Of a stretch of DNA of 64,000 bases, positions 1-12,921 are shown piece by piece. The notes beneath the pieces are model-generated. The model was not told the origin of the DNA, did no database searches, and was given only the letters and a program-made list of their open reading frames with translations. The position numbers and the translations under genes were made by a program. Source of the DNA: Octopus vulgaris (taxonomy: Eukaryota). The DNA lies in assembly GCA_951406725.2 (NCBI GenBank), contig OX597814.1, positions 73,160,001 to 73,224,000 of the forward strand, in the 5' to 3' direction. Within the stretch, counting starts at the first letter, position 1. Every line of letters starts with the position of its first letter.

Positions 1-550
1 CAAGTAAATAGTCTAAAATTTATGTCAATTTAAGGAACATCTAAATTGATTTTCATTAGTAGCCACTATATTTAGCTGAAGATGATACTAGGTTTGACTG
101 ACTTGAATCACTGCCTCTTATTTTCAGCAGTTTTTTGTCTATAATGAAGCTTATCCCAAAATAGCATATGCTTTCTGTTCTCACAGCATAACATTTTTGA
201 CGGCATTTCCTTAGCTCCAATCAGAATCTAATGTGACATATTTAATAATTAGGGGTCATACAGTTTGTCCTTTGTAAATCTTATTGCAAATCGATGGAAT
301 GATACAGATACAATTTTTCAATTCTTTCATCTCTTAAACTGGTTTAATGCTGGTGATATACTATGGAATGCAGTGTTATTCATGAACACCTATTCTGCTG
401 TTATTTTGACCAGAAATACATTGTATATTCCTAGCCAGATCATTACAATAAAACAGAGCCACAGTGGATTCTGCTTTTATTTCAATCTGATCTTTGTGAG
501 TGGATAGAGGTGTTAGGTATTGTGCTGAGCTTTAATTTTCCAAAATGTCC
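1..550 (-). mobile_element. Highly degenerate PLE (GIY-YIG) remnant
   Basis: Minus strand about 255-290 reads CNKIYKGQTV*PL, resembling the C..YIGQT.RPL motif; no intact ORF. Confidence 0.35.
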
Positions 551-1282
551 TAAAAATATGTAGTAAATCAAATTTTAAGTCAATAAATAAGAATTTAGCT
601 CCTTGACTACAGATTAACTCTAATAAATTATTTGAACCTAATCTTTACAATGTGATTTTTAAGACTTTGTTTTTTAGCTATGAGAATATTCTAAATTGAC
701 CCTGGGAATATAATTTTGTAATTTTGTTATCTCCATATCTAAATGAACATGTGTTTAAGAAAAAATCTGAAATACTGAAATTCTAAAATTCAAGATCAGT
801 CATGAGGACGGAATATATAAGATACCAGGGTATAAGAGATGGATATATGGCTTAGGAATAGCATTTTAAACTGAACCTAATATGTACAGATTTTTTGTAT
901 GCCTCTTGTCTCATGCATTTCCTGCTAGATGTGAGATAGGCCATAAGTTATCCCAGTTTGCACAACATTAAGGATTTGGAAAACATTTTTCTTGGGCATA
1001 GCTGAGCACATTAATTATAATAATCAAACAGTTACATATCAGTTACCTGACAAAAGGTACCTGTTTACAGATGAATGGAGAAAGCGTACATATTTTAATC
1101 ACTCTTGGAAATGCAGCCACCATCTAGCTGATATTTAAATAAAAACAAGGTTCAAAAGTACTACTATTCATTCAAAAAGTAGAGAGCAACATTTCAATAG
1201 CTTATAGAATTTTTTTTGTTCCTTATATTCCTATAGTCAGTAAAAGGGTTATTGAATAATCAAACAGAAAAAGAAAATTCAC

Positions 1283-1353
1283 CTGGTCAAACAGTTGTTG
1301 TTGCGAAGCATGTATCCCAAACTTTCAACAGTGTTACCTCTTATTTGATTTCC
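1283..1353 (-). CDS. LRRC45: LRRC45 coding exon 4 (GNQIRGNTVESLGYMLRNNNCLT)
   Basis: cacag| acceptor and |gtgaat donor; 71 nt, in frame; RI-like LRR matching [23 protein letters not shown]. The gene continues past the left edge. Confidence 0.88.
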
Positions 1354-1810
1354 CTGTGAAGACAAAAGACAAACAGTAACAAATAATAATTAAAAAAAGT
1401 AGACAGAATAATAGACTAGTTTTAGTAACTACTTCCAGCTTAAGATGCATGCTTTTCAATGTCTTTTTTTATGTACATATAGGAATATATGTTCATTTTA
1501 AATTATTAAACATTATGAGCCCTAATTAAAATAAAAATTAATAAAAATAGTGCTAAGTGGTTGATGACTTTATCTGAGAAACAAGTGAGATACTTGTAGA
1601 GATTGAATATGACAATCAAATACCTAATTTGAGAAATCAAGCTAGCATGTGTAACTGTAGTTGTAGTTCTTACTAAGCAAGAGATACATACATAGTTCAA
1701 GTCCAGTCAATGAGTCTGCTGTAGTTTTTAAGTCTCAATTAACTGCTTAAAATGTTTACTATTGATTACATTAATACCATATCTGTTAATTTATAGCATA
1801 AAGATATATA

Positions 1811-2689
1811 CAAGGTGGTATCAAAAAGTTCCCAGACTAGTTATGTTTAATAAAAAATAACTTGTGTACCTAAGTTTTAACATTATCTCCTGCAACAATT
1901 TACTGGTTCAAGGGTTCCTGCCACTTTTGGAATCTGGCCTAAAATTCATTTTCCATGAGTTGAGGACTTTCAGCAATTCGCTTTTGATCATGACAACGGT
2001 GTTAAAACAGTGACTTTTAGCTGCATTTTCATCTTGGGCAAGAGATGGAAGTCTATAGATTCTAAATCCGGTGAATAGTGTGGGTGTGGAAGTAATACCA
2101 TGTTGTTTCCGGTAAGAAACTTGTGAGTGAGGAGAGCTTGGTGACAGGGTACATTGTTGTTGTGAAGAATCCAGTTCTTCATGCCCCACAGATCTGGTCA
2201 CTTTCACCAAATGTCCTCCCTCAAATACTTCAAAATGTTCATTGTCCTCTGATCCTCTTTATGCACAAGCTGATTAATTTTCTCCACATTTCTGGGGGTG
2301 ATACTCATGGCAGGTTTTCTGGATTGCTCATTGTCATTCAGAGATGTTCTTCCATTTTTGAAGTGCTCGTGCCACTAAAAACATTGCATACCACCCATTG
2401 CCTTGTCGCCATAAGTTTGCTGAAACATGCTCAATGTTCCTGTAGCAGACTTCACAATTTTAAAATTTCACATTGGCTCTTTGTTCCAACTTCCTATCTA
2501 TGACAAAAATTGTAGACTACAGCATACATGTGATCACAAAAACACAAATCTTGAGAAGTAAACACTGCGATATCACTCAGCACACTGCCTCATGAAGGTC
2601 ACTGCCCGCTCTCACTGTGCACGCGACTGAGTACTGTCATCTGTTGGCACATTACAGAACTAGTTCAGAAACTTTTTGATACTATCTTA
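1811..2689 (-). mobile_element. Internally deleted mariner element
   Basis: TIRs caaggtggtatcaaaaagtt / aactttttgatactatctta with TA flanks; transposase remnant WILHNNNVPCH...PHPHYSPDL..DF.L. Confidence 0.85.
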
Positions 2690-3154
2690 TATGTTAATGG
2701 GTGCTTTTTTGTACCACCTTACAGTATACAGGGTAGAATGAGTTTATTGTTGTGAGAGGATGGCATTAGAAGTTGCAGTATGATGGTACGAAGGGTGGAG
2801 AGTGATGGGGTAATGGAAACAGAGAGAGTGTGGGCAAGAAGGTGCTGCAAACATTCCTTCTCATTAAGGTTTATTTTCAATGTGTCAAAAATTAATTTTG
2901 GTTCACTACATGAAGTATGTCAGACTGCACTTTATATGTTTTTCATGTAGGGAAACATCCCAGTGTCATCAATTTAAGTATGTAAATCAGTGAATTATCT
3001 TCACAAAAAAAACTATATCCTTTCAGTCATTCTATGATCTAATGAGTATATATTAAACTATATTTCACTGATGAGGTCTAATAATACTAAAACATGTCCT
3101 GAATTGATACGGCACCAAATATCAGACTTACTCTGCACTTCTTATCTCCATATA

Positions 3155-4564
3155 TGAGAGGGTGCCCAAAAGGAACCGGAGTTTTGTGATATAATTTTAT
3201 TCATTTAGTTTTACATGTTTACACTTTTATCACCTTCAAAGTATTTTCTATTTGAAGCAATGCATCTGTCCAGGCACATTTTCCACTATTTGAAGCAGTG
3301 CTGAAACTCTTGCAAAGTGATGCTTTTCAACACCTCCATCATTTTTTTTCTTCACTTTTTCTACATCTTCAAATTCCATAGCACTAGCTTTTGTCACCAG
3401 TGATAACCTTCAAAAAAGGTCCAGATCAACTTCCAACTGTTCTTTCAGTTCACGGCATGAATTCAGTCATGACTGCTTTTGATCTTCTGTGAGCAAGTGA
3501 GGCACAAATTTTGCTGCAACTCTTTTCATTTGCAATTCCTCACTTAAAATTTGTTGGCAAGAGCTCCAGGGCACACCAGTCATATCAACAAGTTCGTCAA
3601 TTGTTTGGTGACAGTCTTCCAAGATCAGTTCATGAATTTTCCTGATGTTTTCATTTGTTTGGGAGGTTGACAGTCACCCTGAACGAGCTTGGTCTTCGAG
3701 TGACAAGTGACCATTCCTAAAGCATGGAAACCACTCATAAACTTGTGTTTTGCTCATGACACCATCCTTGTAAGCTGTTTAAAGCATGAAAGTGTTTCAG
3801 CTGCTGTTTTCCCAGCAGAAAACAGAATTTCACAGAAGCATACCAGTCATATCAACAAGTTCATCAATTGTTTGGTGACAGTCTTCCAAGATCAGTTCAT
3901 GAATTTTCATGATGTTTTCATTCGTTTGGGAGGTCAACAGTTGTCCTGAATGAGTTTGGTCTTCAAGTGACAATTCCTAAAGCATGGAAACCACTCATAA
4001 ACTTGTGTTTTGCTCATGACACCATCCTTGTAAGCTGTTTAAAGCATGAAAGTGTTTCAGCTGCTGTTTTCCCAGCAGAAAACAGAATTTCACAGAAGCA
4101 TACCAGTCATATCAACAAGTTCATCAATTGTTTGGTGACAGTCTTCCAAGATCAGTTCATGAATTTTCATGATGTTTTCATTCGTTTGGGAGGTCAACAG
4201 TTGTCCTGAATGAGTTTGGTCTTCAAGTGACAATTCCTAAAGCATGGAAACCACTCATAAACTTGTGTTTTGCTCATGACACCATCCTTGTAAGCTGTTT
4301 AAAGCATGACAAGTGTGTCAGCTACTGTTTTCCCCAGCAGAAAACAAAATTTCACAGAAGCACACTGTTGTTTTGTTTCAGCCATTGCAAAAATCAATGA
4401 ATAGGGGAGAAGCACTGCAAAACAAAGATGCACCACTTGTCAGTAGGACTACACCTGATGCAGCTGGTTGGCAGACTGGTATGTGGCTTCTAGTGGTGGA
4501 AGCCTGAACTACAACAGGTTTGTCCCACAGAGAATGCTTCTGGTTACTTTTGGGTATCCCCTCA
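3155..4564 (-). mobile_element. Degenerate mariner element with an internal ~260-bp triplication
   Basis: TIR-like ends tgagagggtgcccaaaaggaaccgg / ctggttacttttgggtatcccctca; repeat units start at 3575, 3842 and 4102. Confidence 0.75.
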
Positions 4565-5513
4565 TGATTTTTAAATAATTTAAATTTCAAATGTCTCTCA
4601 CTTGCCTTCTCTGACAAGAAAAATTATTAAACATTAATGATTTTCCTTTTGATGGATTTTATTTCAATTGGTTAAGGATTACTTTTGACTCACTTACATT
4701 AAGTATATCAGCTGGAATTAACCAATTTATATTGTTGCAATTTTTCCCTTTTAGTGACTAAATATTTTTCAATATCTATATGTTGTGTTTCACTTGTTTT
4801 AATTTTTTATAAAATGTGTTGGGTGTATCTATGTAATAGTTTTTATATACAGTTCGCATCAGATATCAATAGTTTCCTCAGTTACGTTAAGCAACATAAC
4901 ATTTTGTTGTTATGTGATCGATGAGTCTAAATTCATTCTTGATTAAGCAGATCTAGAGCATGTAGCTAACTGGCTGAATAACTATGTGCAATTAACAGAT
5001 CATAGCTCCAGATATGCCATACAGCCATCTAGTTGAAGATAATAGAGTACATCTCATATGCAGAGTATAATTGTAGTGGTGCAGTGTTGTAGTTTATGAA
5101 TTTTTGCTCTTTAAGAGACAGAACTTTCTAAAACAGGGTACACTGTTCATAAACTTCTATATTATCTCCAGCTATCTCATATTTTTGCATTCACAAACTG
5201 TTGTTTAAATATATGCCATTTATATTTAAAATAATGCTCAAGTCTACTTTTTTTATGATTTTGGCTTTACTATATTTCCATGCTCAAAGATATGACACTG
5301 CTTTATAAAGATATGTGAACTCAAGTGATAATGTTTGAAGCAATGATCAACAAAAGCAGAGATCATCATTTATATATATAATCAGAAGATATTTTAATGT
5401 GCAATTAGTATGAAACTGTGTTTTATATCAATTTATATTATATAGTTTTGTAGTTAGTATTATCTGATAGAGATGAATTGTTGACAGAATTCTTGAACAT
5501 AAAAATAGCTTAC

Positions 5514-5575
5514 TTTTAGGTTTAGCTTTCTAACAGAAGTATTGGAGGCCAATCCATGAAGAATTGCTTGCATTC
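5514..5575 (-). CDS. LRRC45: LRRC45 coding exon 3 (GMQAILHGLASNTSVRKLNLK)
   Basis: ttcag| acceptor and |gtaagc donor; in frame; matches GATLLLRGLCANTVLRFLDLK of LRRC45. Confidence 0.88.
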
Positions 5576-6259
5576 CTGAAATACGAGGAAACAATGAAAT
5601 ATGATTTGGGATGGTTTTTAAGTACTAACATGATTACACATATTTAGATTGAGTAAAGTTTTGTAAACAAAAATGTTTATTCACAGAACTGTACTGACCC
5701 TATTTTGCTTCCATATTATCTCTTACAGTTTTAAACCCAGTTTCTCAGGTTATAATGGCTGGAATAACTTTTGTTAATTTTATCATTTATGTATTGTTGA
5801 AGTAACTGTAACAACATAGTATCTTATCTGCCATGAATCACTCAACTGTTATAAAGTGGCTGAAAAAGGGTTCTTATAAAATCAAAAATATTTAGAATGC
5901 TCGATACAGACTACTACTAAAAATCTGTGGAGCTAGTAATATTAGTGTAAACACACAAATAAAAATCATTAATGTAAACACACAGATGAAAATACAGGGA
6001 AGAGTATTTATGATTCTTTCTATGAGAAAAGTGTGTAAAATATGAGCAATACTTTTCTTTAAGAAACATTAATGAACAACAAATAGATATACTGATAGCT
6101 TTGTTCAATAAAATGGTTTTTGTTTTTTAAAATAAAAGAAAAATGCAATATAAAAGTTATTGTGATGGTCTGATACTATTAGTCAAGACTATAGGATACA
6201 GTAAACCATAATAATTTAAAATGTAGCTAGGTAAAGAGAAGAATGATAGAATGTTATAC

Positions 6260-6393
6260 CTTCTGGACATATCATACAGTCTGAGAATCTTAATTCATTG
6301 ATAGTTTCATCGAAAGACAGAGCTTTGCCAAGGATACCACACATGTCAGCACAGATACTCATATGAGATAAGTCAAGCAACAAGGTGTCATTT
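6260..6393 (-). CDS. LRRC45: LRRC45 coding exon 2 (NDTLLLDLSHMSICADMCGILGKALSFDETINELRFSDCMICPEG)
   Basis: AG/GT boundaries; matches the recalled LRRC45 motif LDL..QSLTVETCRALGKLL...ELVLSDCMLSEEG; phase consistent with neighbours. Confidence 0.88.
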
Positions 6394-6855
6394 CTATAAG
6401 GCAAAAATAACAGTGACAACTTTTTGCTTACAGTGAAAATATTTAAATCATTGATACAGTGCGTAATAATTGTGCTAGTTTGATTTTAGTTTTTGTTAAT
6501 GTGACATTTGATAATAACAATATGTTAGCCCAATGTAAAGTATGACACCAAACTAGTGCCAGTAGGGGAACACCTTATGTCATTACTTAACCTGCTAGAA
6601 TTAGCAGCTAAATTTCTCACATATCATTACCATCTTATAAAAGGAAAGATGTGGATAATGAATTCCTAGATACATTATGTCGGAATAAACATTTTAAAAA
6701 TATATGATAAATTAGATATTTATGCAGGAGAACAAATGTACAGACACAGGATCTTAAAATATATTCATATACACATGTGATAAAGTTGATTTTTTCCCAA
6801 ACTTTAGAGAGGCAATAGACTAAAGGAAGATTAAAACAAAAACAATGTTACTTAC

Positions 6856-6941
6856 CGTGGGAGTCTTTCTAAAAGCTCAGAATCTGGCTTAAGATGCTTT
6901 TCTTTACAGAGTTTCAGGAATAAAGTGAAGAACATACCCAT
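6856..6941 (-). CDS. LRRC45: LRRC45 orthologue, coding exon 1 (MGMFFTLFLKLCKEKHLKPDSELLERLPR)
   Basis: ATG at 6941 with an in-frame TAA just upstream; donor cg|GTAAGT at 6855; acceptor ttttaacag at 6995. Splices in frame (phase 2) to the next exon and resembles the LRRC45 N-terminus. Confidence 0.8.
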
Positions 6942-7142
6942 TGTTTAACTGACTACCTACAAACTTTTCCAAAGTGATCAGATTTTTATTAATGCTGTTA
7001 AAAATAAAAATTGGAAAATATGTATATGGAAATGCTAAAACCAAGAGTAGTTTACCTGGTTATTTTTATAAATAATGTTATTAAAATATGCTGTTTGTTA
7101 GGAAACCAGTTGAATTAGTAGGCTTGTCATAGTCTGCATCAA

Positions 7143-7916
7143 CCCTTTTGATATCAATCCACCTGAGATTGCCCTTAGTTTTATAATATAAATTTTCTGT
7201 GTTAAAGTACTGTATGTACTTGTGGACATGTTGCACCAGTGGATAGGTCGCACCCTTAGTTTGGGGTTGTCAAAATAGGTATTTCTGGTTGACTTGCAGA
7301 TAGATTGCCCTATAATCAGGGGAGCTACATAACACTTTTTAACATAAACATAACTAATATTTGTTAAATATTATCATATATTCACCTTTATTTCAAAACT
7401 TTGCTTACAAATATTAAAACATTTTTGTGGAATTAGACTACTTTCTGAAAGTAGTCTAATTGATAAATTAACTTGACAAAAAAAAAAATTAAAATATTAA
7501 AATCAATAAATCAACTTGACAAGAAAAACATCTAGAATTGCAAACAGAATGTAAAGAAATGTTACATAAGGAAAGTGTTTATTCATTTGGATATAGTTAT
7601 TAAACTTTATCAGGATTGAAACCAAAAAATTCTTCTGAACCACCAATATGCCACTGTTTACTTCAGATCCCTGTGATGTTAAATGGATAGGTCACAGCCC
7701 TGATTTTTATCGAAATTTTTGGTAAAAAAACAGTGCAATTTATCTGCGAGTATATATGATAATCTAAATTAAAACCTTCCATTAAAATTCCAGGCTAATT
7801 TATGTTCTAACATCAAGCTTAATAACAACAAATTTATTTTAATAAATTCTTCATTATTTTCAAAATTAACTAAAACAAAAGTCAGTGTACTTCAATAGAA
7901 ATATGGTAACAAACGG
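7143..7916. mobile_element. Second piggyBac-like MITE copy with a nested TcMar-like MITE (about 7210-7759)
   Basis: Same ends and body as 39437-39658, split by a TA-flanked insert with ctgtatgtacttgtgga / tctgcgagtatatatg ends. Confidence 0.55.
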
Positions 7917-8891
7917 TTAACATTATATAGATTTGAAATATAGTGCAAACATAATCAGGAAATATAATTTAAACAAGAGATATATGTTTGTATACTATAA
8001 GCAGGGACTAATATTTCAGATGGGATCCTTTATTGGTAAAGGCAAATAATACTTTTTCTTCTCTAACAAAGGTCCTTGCTCAAAATATTAATCACCATTT
8101 ATAATTTATGAACATATAATCTTTCTTCCTATTTCCTTGCTGATAGAAAAATTGGCAGGTATTACCAAACCCCAGTTTTCTCAATTACTACAAAATTACA
8201 GCACCAAATTTTCTGTTTCCTAGAACAGGTAAAATAAAAGAGTTGGCAAGTTTTCTGTGTGTGAAATACCTTCATTCTCAGCAATTTACGAATCATTAGC
8301 ACAAAATGGTTCTGCTAGCAATAGAGATGTCGCACACAAATTTCTGAAGCAAGCATTGCTCCATTTGATATTTTAGTTGTATTACATAGTGCAATGAACT
8401 TCGGTTTTATTGTTATTTATTTTTCACTAAAACTCTACATTTTTAGCAATGTTTCAGGGGAATTTTTTTAAAGTTTTAAAAAATAGTGCTTAAAACTCAC
8501 TTTAGAATATGTATGTTTGGCAGATGGATAGCTATTCTTTATCCATGGAAATGTGTTTTGTTTACATAATCATACTGAATATATCAATTTGTGTGAGACG
8601 ACCACTCATATTTAATACAAATTAAAGATTAAACATGTTTCTTATACAATTAAATATACAGTATACATAAATATACATGTATTTTCAATACAACTAAAAG
8701 CTAGCTGTATTTTTATATAAGGAGTTCTTCCTTAACAAGCAAATCTTTTAAAAGAACCATATCTAAATTAACTGCATGAATTTTTTCTTGATAAATTGTA
8801 ACATTTATGCCTTCTCTAAAAACATTAGTAGCATCAAAACTTCTCCAAGTAATAATAGATATAGTGATACCAAAACCACCAAATTGTGTTT

Positions 8892-9728
8892 GGATCTTTT
8901 CTGTCTGGTTTTCACTTTTCAATTCCTTCAAATTTGTTCTAATTAATTTCAAATTTGGTATATTGATGTAGTTTTGCAAGCTAATTGTGGAAATAAAATT
9001 CATTTCTGCCATAAATTAATAAATAAAAAGTTAATAGCTTTTGAAGTTTGCAAATTTTGGGTAATTTTAGTCAGTCAATCCACAGACATATTGGTGCCTG
9101 TTTCCATTGTAACGAGCCAAGCTGTTGTCTGCTTAATACTACTACAACTACTACATACCTATATTCTGAACTTTTGTTTTAGAATTTTCACTACAAAAAA
9201 AATGTATTAATTGTTTTTTATCAAATTTGGTACATTGATATAATTTTTCAAGTTGAATCTGATTTATTTCCTCACTTGTTCCAGAAAAATTTTAGAAGAA
9301 TGTTCACTAAAAATATGTGACTAATTGATTAACCCCAGGTCATCCACTGGTTGTACTGACCATAATCACCAAACCTAAACACAAAGTCTAACCCTAAACC
9401 CTAAACACCAACTCTAAACTCGAACTCTAGTGTATCTCAAACTTTCATTTCACATGACTTTACTAATTTAAACTTATTAAAACTTCAAAACATTTTACAA
9501 CCTTTGTCTTCATAATATATTGCTTATATTTTGTTTAATAAAAATTATCGCACAGAAAATGCCAACTTCCAAATCCTGTTTTCTGATTGGATACAAATAA
9601 TTAAACTTTAAACCCCTGTAACATTTTGCTAAAATTTTTCTTATGAAAAATTCCATCAATATACAGAATTTGAAAATATTCACTTAATTTTAAAATTTCA
9701 AAAAGTGAAAACCAAACAGAAAAGATCC
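8892..9728. mobile_element. Older related MITE with GGATCTTTTC TIRs and a CCCTAA-like tract
   Basis: ggatcttttctgtctggttttcac / gtgaaaaccaaacagaaaagatcc; aaacctaaac..ctaaccctaaaccctaaa at 9371-9420; no TSD retained. Confidence 0.65.
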
Positions 9729-11383
9729 ATGAATTAAATATTTAATTTTAACCCACTTAATTCTTTTTGGAGTAAATTACTGCTCTAAAGATTGTGTTGG
9801 TATCATCCCCCAAATACAATCCAAAACTCTTGATCTCTTTCTCACTGCCAAACTGTCACCGCCTTGCAGCTATCAGTTCATCTGGCCATAACATAATCAA
9901 GGCTACCCACTGTATTTCTACTTACTACACAACACCCTGCCTCGCAAATACAATGGCACTTTGAGTTAGCCAACCGGTTAATACTCTGCAAGTGTTATGA
10001 CAACTATCCTTGCAAATGACCATCACACCCAACTAATCCATGACAGCTAAGCAAGTAACCAAAACCATCCTGTTATGTATGACCTTTCACATTTGTCATA
10101 CAAACAAAGCATATAACCCAAATTCTTCAATGTAGTTATACTACAATAGTATAGGTTCACATAAAAATCTTGGTTCTTTCAACAAAACAAAGTCATAATC
10201 ACTGATCATCTTTATCTAGTACCTCACTCTTTCCGATTTTGAAAACAATAATACAGGTGGAAAGCATGGCCTACATGAAAAAAAGTGACCCTACCCATTG
10301 GATAGCTATTGCTCTACATACTGAGTACAGCCTGTAAGATTTCCCTTAAGAGTCTTTACAAACTTTGTGAAATCCTTGTATCTATCACTCTTGAACTATA
10401 ATGGCTCTGTAAGCATACATAGGAAGAGAAAGCATCTGTTGCCTACTTTGCATCCAACTCTGCAACACACACAGAGAAAAACTCCACGAAAACCATCCTT
10501 CTTTCGCAAACCAGTCTCATTACCACATACAAGCAAAGTATAAAAATATCTCCAGTAGCTTTAAACTAATAAGACCATCACTGTCCCTACTATTACTTTC
10601 AAATGGTGTGCTCCAGAGCTAGCCCCCATGTTTGGCAAACCTTTGAATCTTTCCATCTCTAGAGGGATCCATTGCCATCTTTGGAAACATGAAACTCTAT
10701 GTCCTGTTCTCTAGAAAGGTAGCTGTTCCAACTGCCCACCTATCACTCTCATTTCCACTATCTCACCTCCAACACCAGGAATCTTTTTCCCCTACTCAAT
10801 GAACACAACAAGGTTTCTGCAGAGCAAGATCTACTGACATCAAATCACCAGTGGTTCTTAAGTGAAAAATCTAAGGAAAGTAATGTCATTACATTTACAT
10901 TGAGTAAAATATCTGTGTCTGGACAGAGACTTTGGGGGCTAAGTTAACTGCTTACAAGCTTATCCATCCCTTAGGTTGGATGCTTCTTGTCAGAGTACAT
11001 TACTAAGTGTGCATTGATGAAGCTCTCATTGACCCACACTTTCAACCTACTAACTGTCACCTCTACTGACAGTCACATCTTTGCAGATAATGCCATTCCT
11101 TCCTAACCTTCTGTACAAAGGTGAAATCCATATGTGCACCTAAACACATCATATCAAACCTGCAGCATCTCAGCAAACAGAGATCTTCAAATATTTTCAC
11201 CTGGAACATAAAAATCTTGGTTCTTTCAACAAAACAAAGTCATAATCACTGATCATCTTTACCTAGTACCTCACTCTTTCCGATTTTGAAAACATATAAT
11301 TAAAATTCTCAAAGATGCTACTATATACCAAACCTCACAACAACTACTGACTTGTCTCAGCAATCTCATGTTCATAGTACAAC

Positions 11384-11638
11384 ACTGAGGTTCTCAACCA
11401 TTTTTTGCCTTTGGACCCCTTTGATTCCTATTTTACTCTACAGGATCTCCACAACCATTCACAGTATATAAAAAAATATCACTGTATTTTTATACTCAAA
11501 TATTATTAGGAATTATATAAGAAAAATTTTAATATTTTGTGTATTGCAGAAGTACAACCAATTTATTGCACATAAATTTTAACAAAATCTTATATGGACT
11601 CCCCTAGAACAATATGAATCCCGGTTGAGAACAGCACT
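11384..11638. mobile_element. hAT-like MITE
   Basis: ggttctcaacc ... ggttgagaac terminal inverted repeats with internal ggacccc-type motifs. Confidence 0.5.
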
Positions 11639-12414
11639 AAGCATATACCCATGCTTTATGTTGCTAACGCAGACATCAACTCACTAGTTTCAGAGGGCCT
11701 GCGTTGGTCACGGGCACAGCTCTTTCTTTCAGATTAAGCCAACGAAAAAAAAAATCAATTTGATTAGCGTCATTATGTCAATGTCCTGTTGGAAAAGCAA
11801 TATATTTTAAAGAGAGAAGGATATTGTGAGCTTCCTTAAAGCACTGTTTATCATTTCAATGCCTCATCACTCTTCTAATAATGTTAATTCCTCATATTGG
11901 AGAAGGATGACAAATTAGTAGAGACAGGCATTTTTGGTTGGTTAAAATGAAATTCAGTATTTTATACGAGCTTATTTTATTGACATCCGAAAAATAAAAG
12001 ATAAAAATTTACACTAAGAAAGTAAAAGGACTAAAATAAATTGTGGAAGATATTTAGGAGAGAATATAGTCTAAGTTAAATAAGGAATTGAAGTGAAAGA
12101 GTAATGGTAATATGTGGGTGGGGGTGAGAGTATCAGCCAAGAGAAAGAGGAAGGAGAAAGCTAGAATTAAAAAGAAGGTAGGGAAAGTCAGGTAGGCAGT
12201 GAGGTGGTGTACAGTGGAGAGAAGATGAGGAAGCAACAAACCGACCACACCTAGAAAGCTGTAGTTTACATTTACAAAAGTGACATGGGAGTGAGGTGAT
12301 CTAACGTTTCTGCCACTGCACTGCACTTCTAAAATTATTTGAAAGTAAAACTTTAATATCAAATTTGAAAATATAAATTAAGTTTTAAACTTTTTAATAG
12401 ATTTATATACTCAC

Positions 12415-12800
12415 AATCACAAAAGTTTTGTCGGATATTTGTAGCGGACATCTTTTTAGCTAGTGACATATTTTCATAATGTTTTACCAGTGACAATAAA
12501 AAAAATTTTACAGTGCATTATAAAGGACAGCTTTGCTGCTGCTATAACAACGTTGTTTTATACACCTGGGACAATGATAGTGGCGGTGGGTAATTAAGTT
12601 GTTATGACAACATAACATATTTTTACTTTTTGGTGGAGAATAACTTCCGCTTCTTTCCCTCGCCGCACGTTTTCGTTCTGTTCTTTTCTGCTGATGTTGC
12701 CATTTCGTCCTATTTTGATTTTACCTTGGAACTCCTTTATTTTACGTGCTAGTGTAGCGGAAAATACCGTAGTTTTACGGCTGAAACTAATTTAATCATC
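12415..12800 (-). promoter_or_regulatory. Probable LRRC45 promoter and non-coding first exon
   Basis: Locally CpG-rich; ETS-like ACTTCCG and YY1-like GCCATTT motifs; minus-strand donor GTGAGT at 12414 could splice to the acceptor at 6995. The 5' boundary is approximate. Confidence 0.5.
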
Positions 12801-12921
12801 GTGTACCTCACAAGAAACGTTAAAAGCACTCGCACATACAATTGGGAAATTTAACTAATATCCTGGCAATGTAGTTTATTGAAAATTTTGATAATTTAAT
12901 AATTATACGGTTGGATTGGCC

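Noticed and set aside
3066-3102. Hammerhead CTGATGA...aaaacatgtc
   Set aside because: The GAAA box is mutated and the helices pair poorly; at most a dead remnant.
3707-4209. Two identical 80-aa ORFs suggesting a tandem gene pair or CRISPR-like array
   Set aside because: They are antisense reads of the triplicated mariner segment; there are no unique spacers or cas genes, and the context is eukaryotic.
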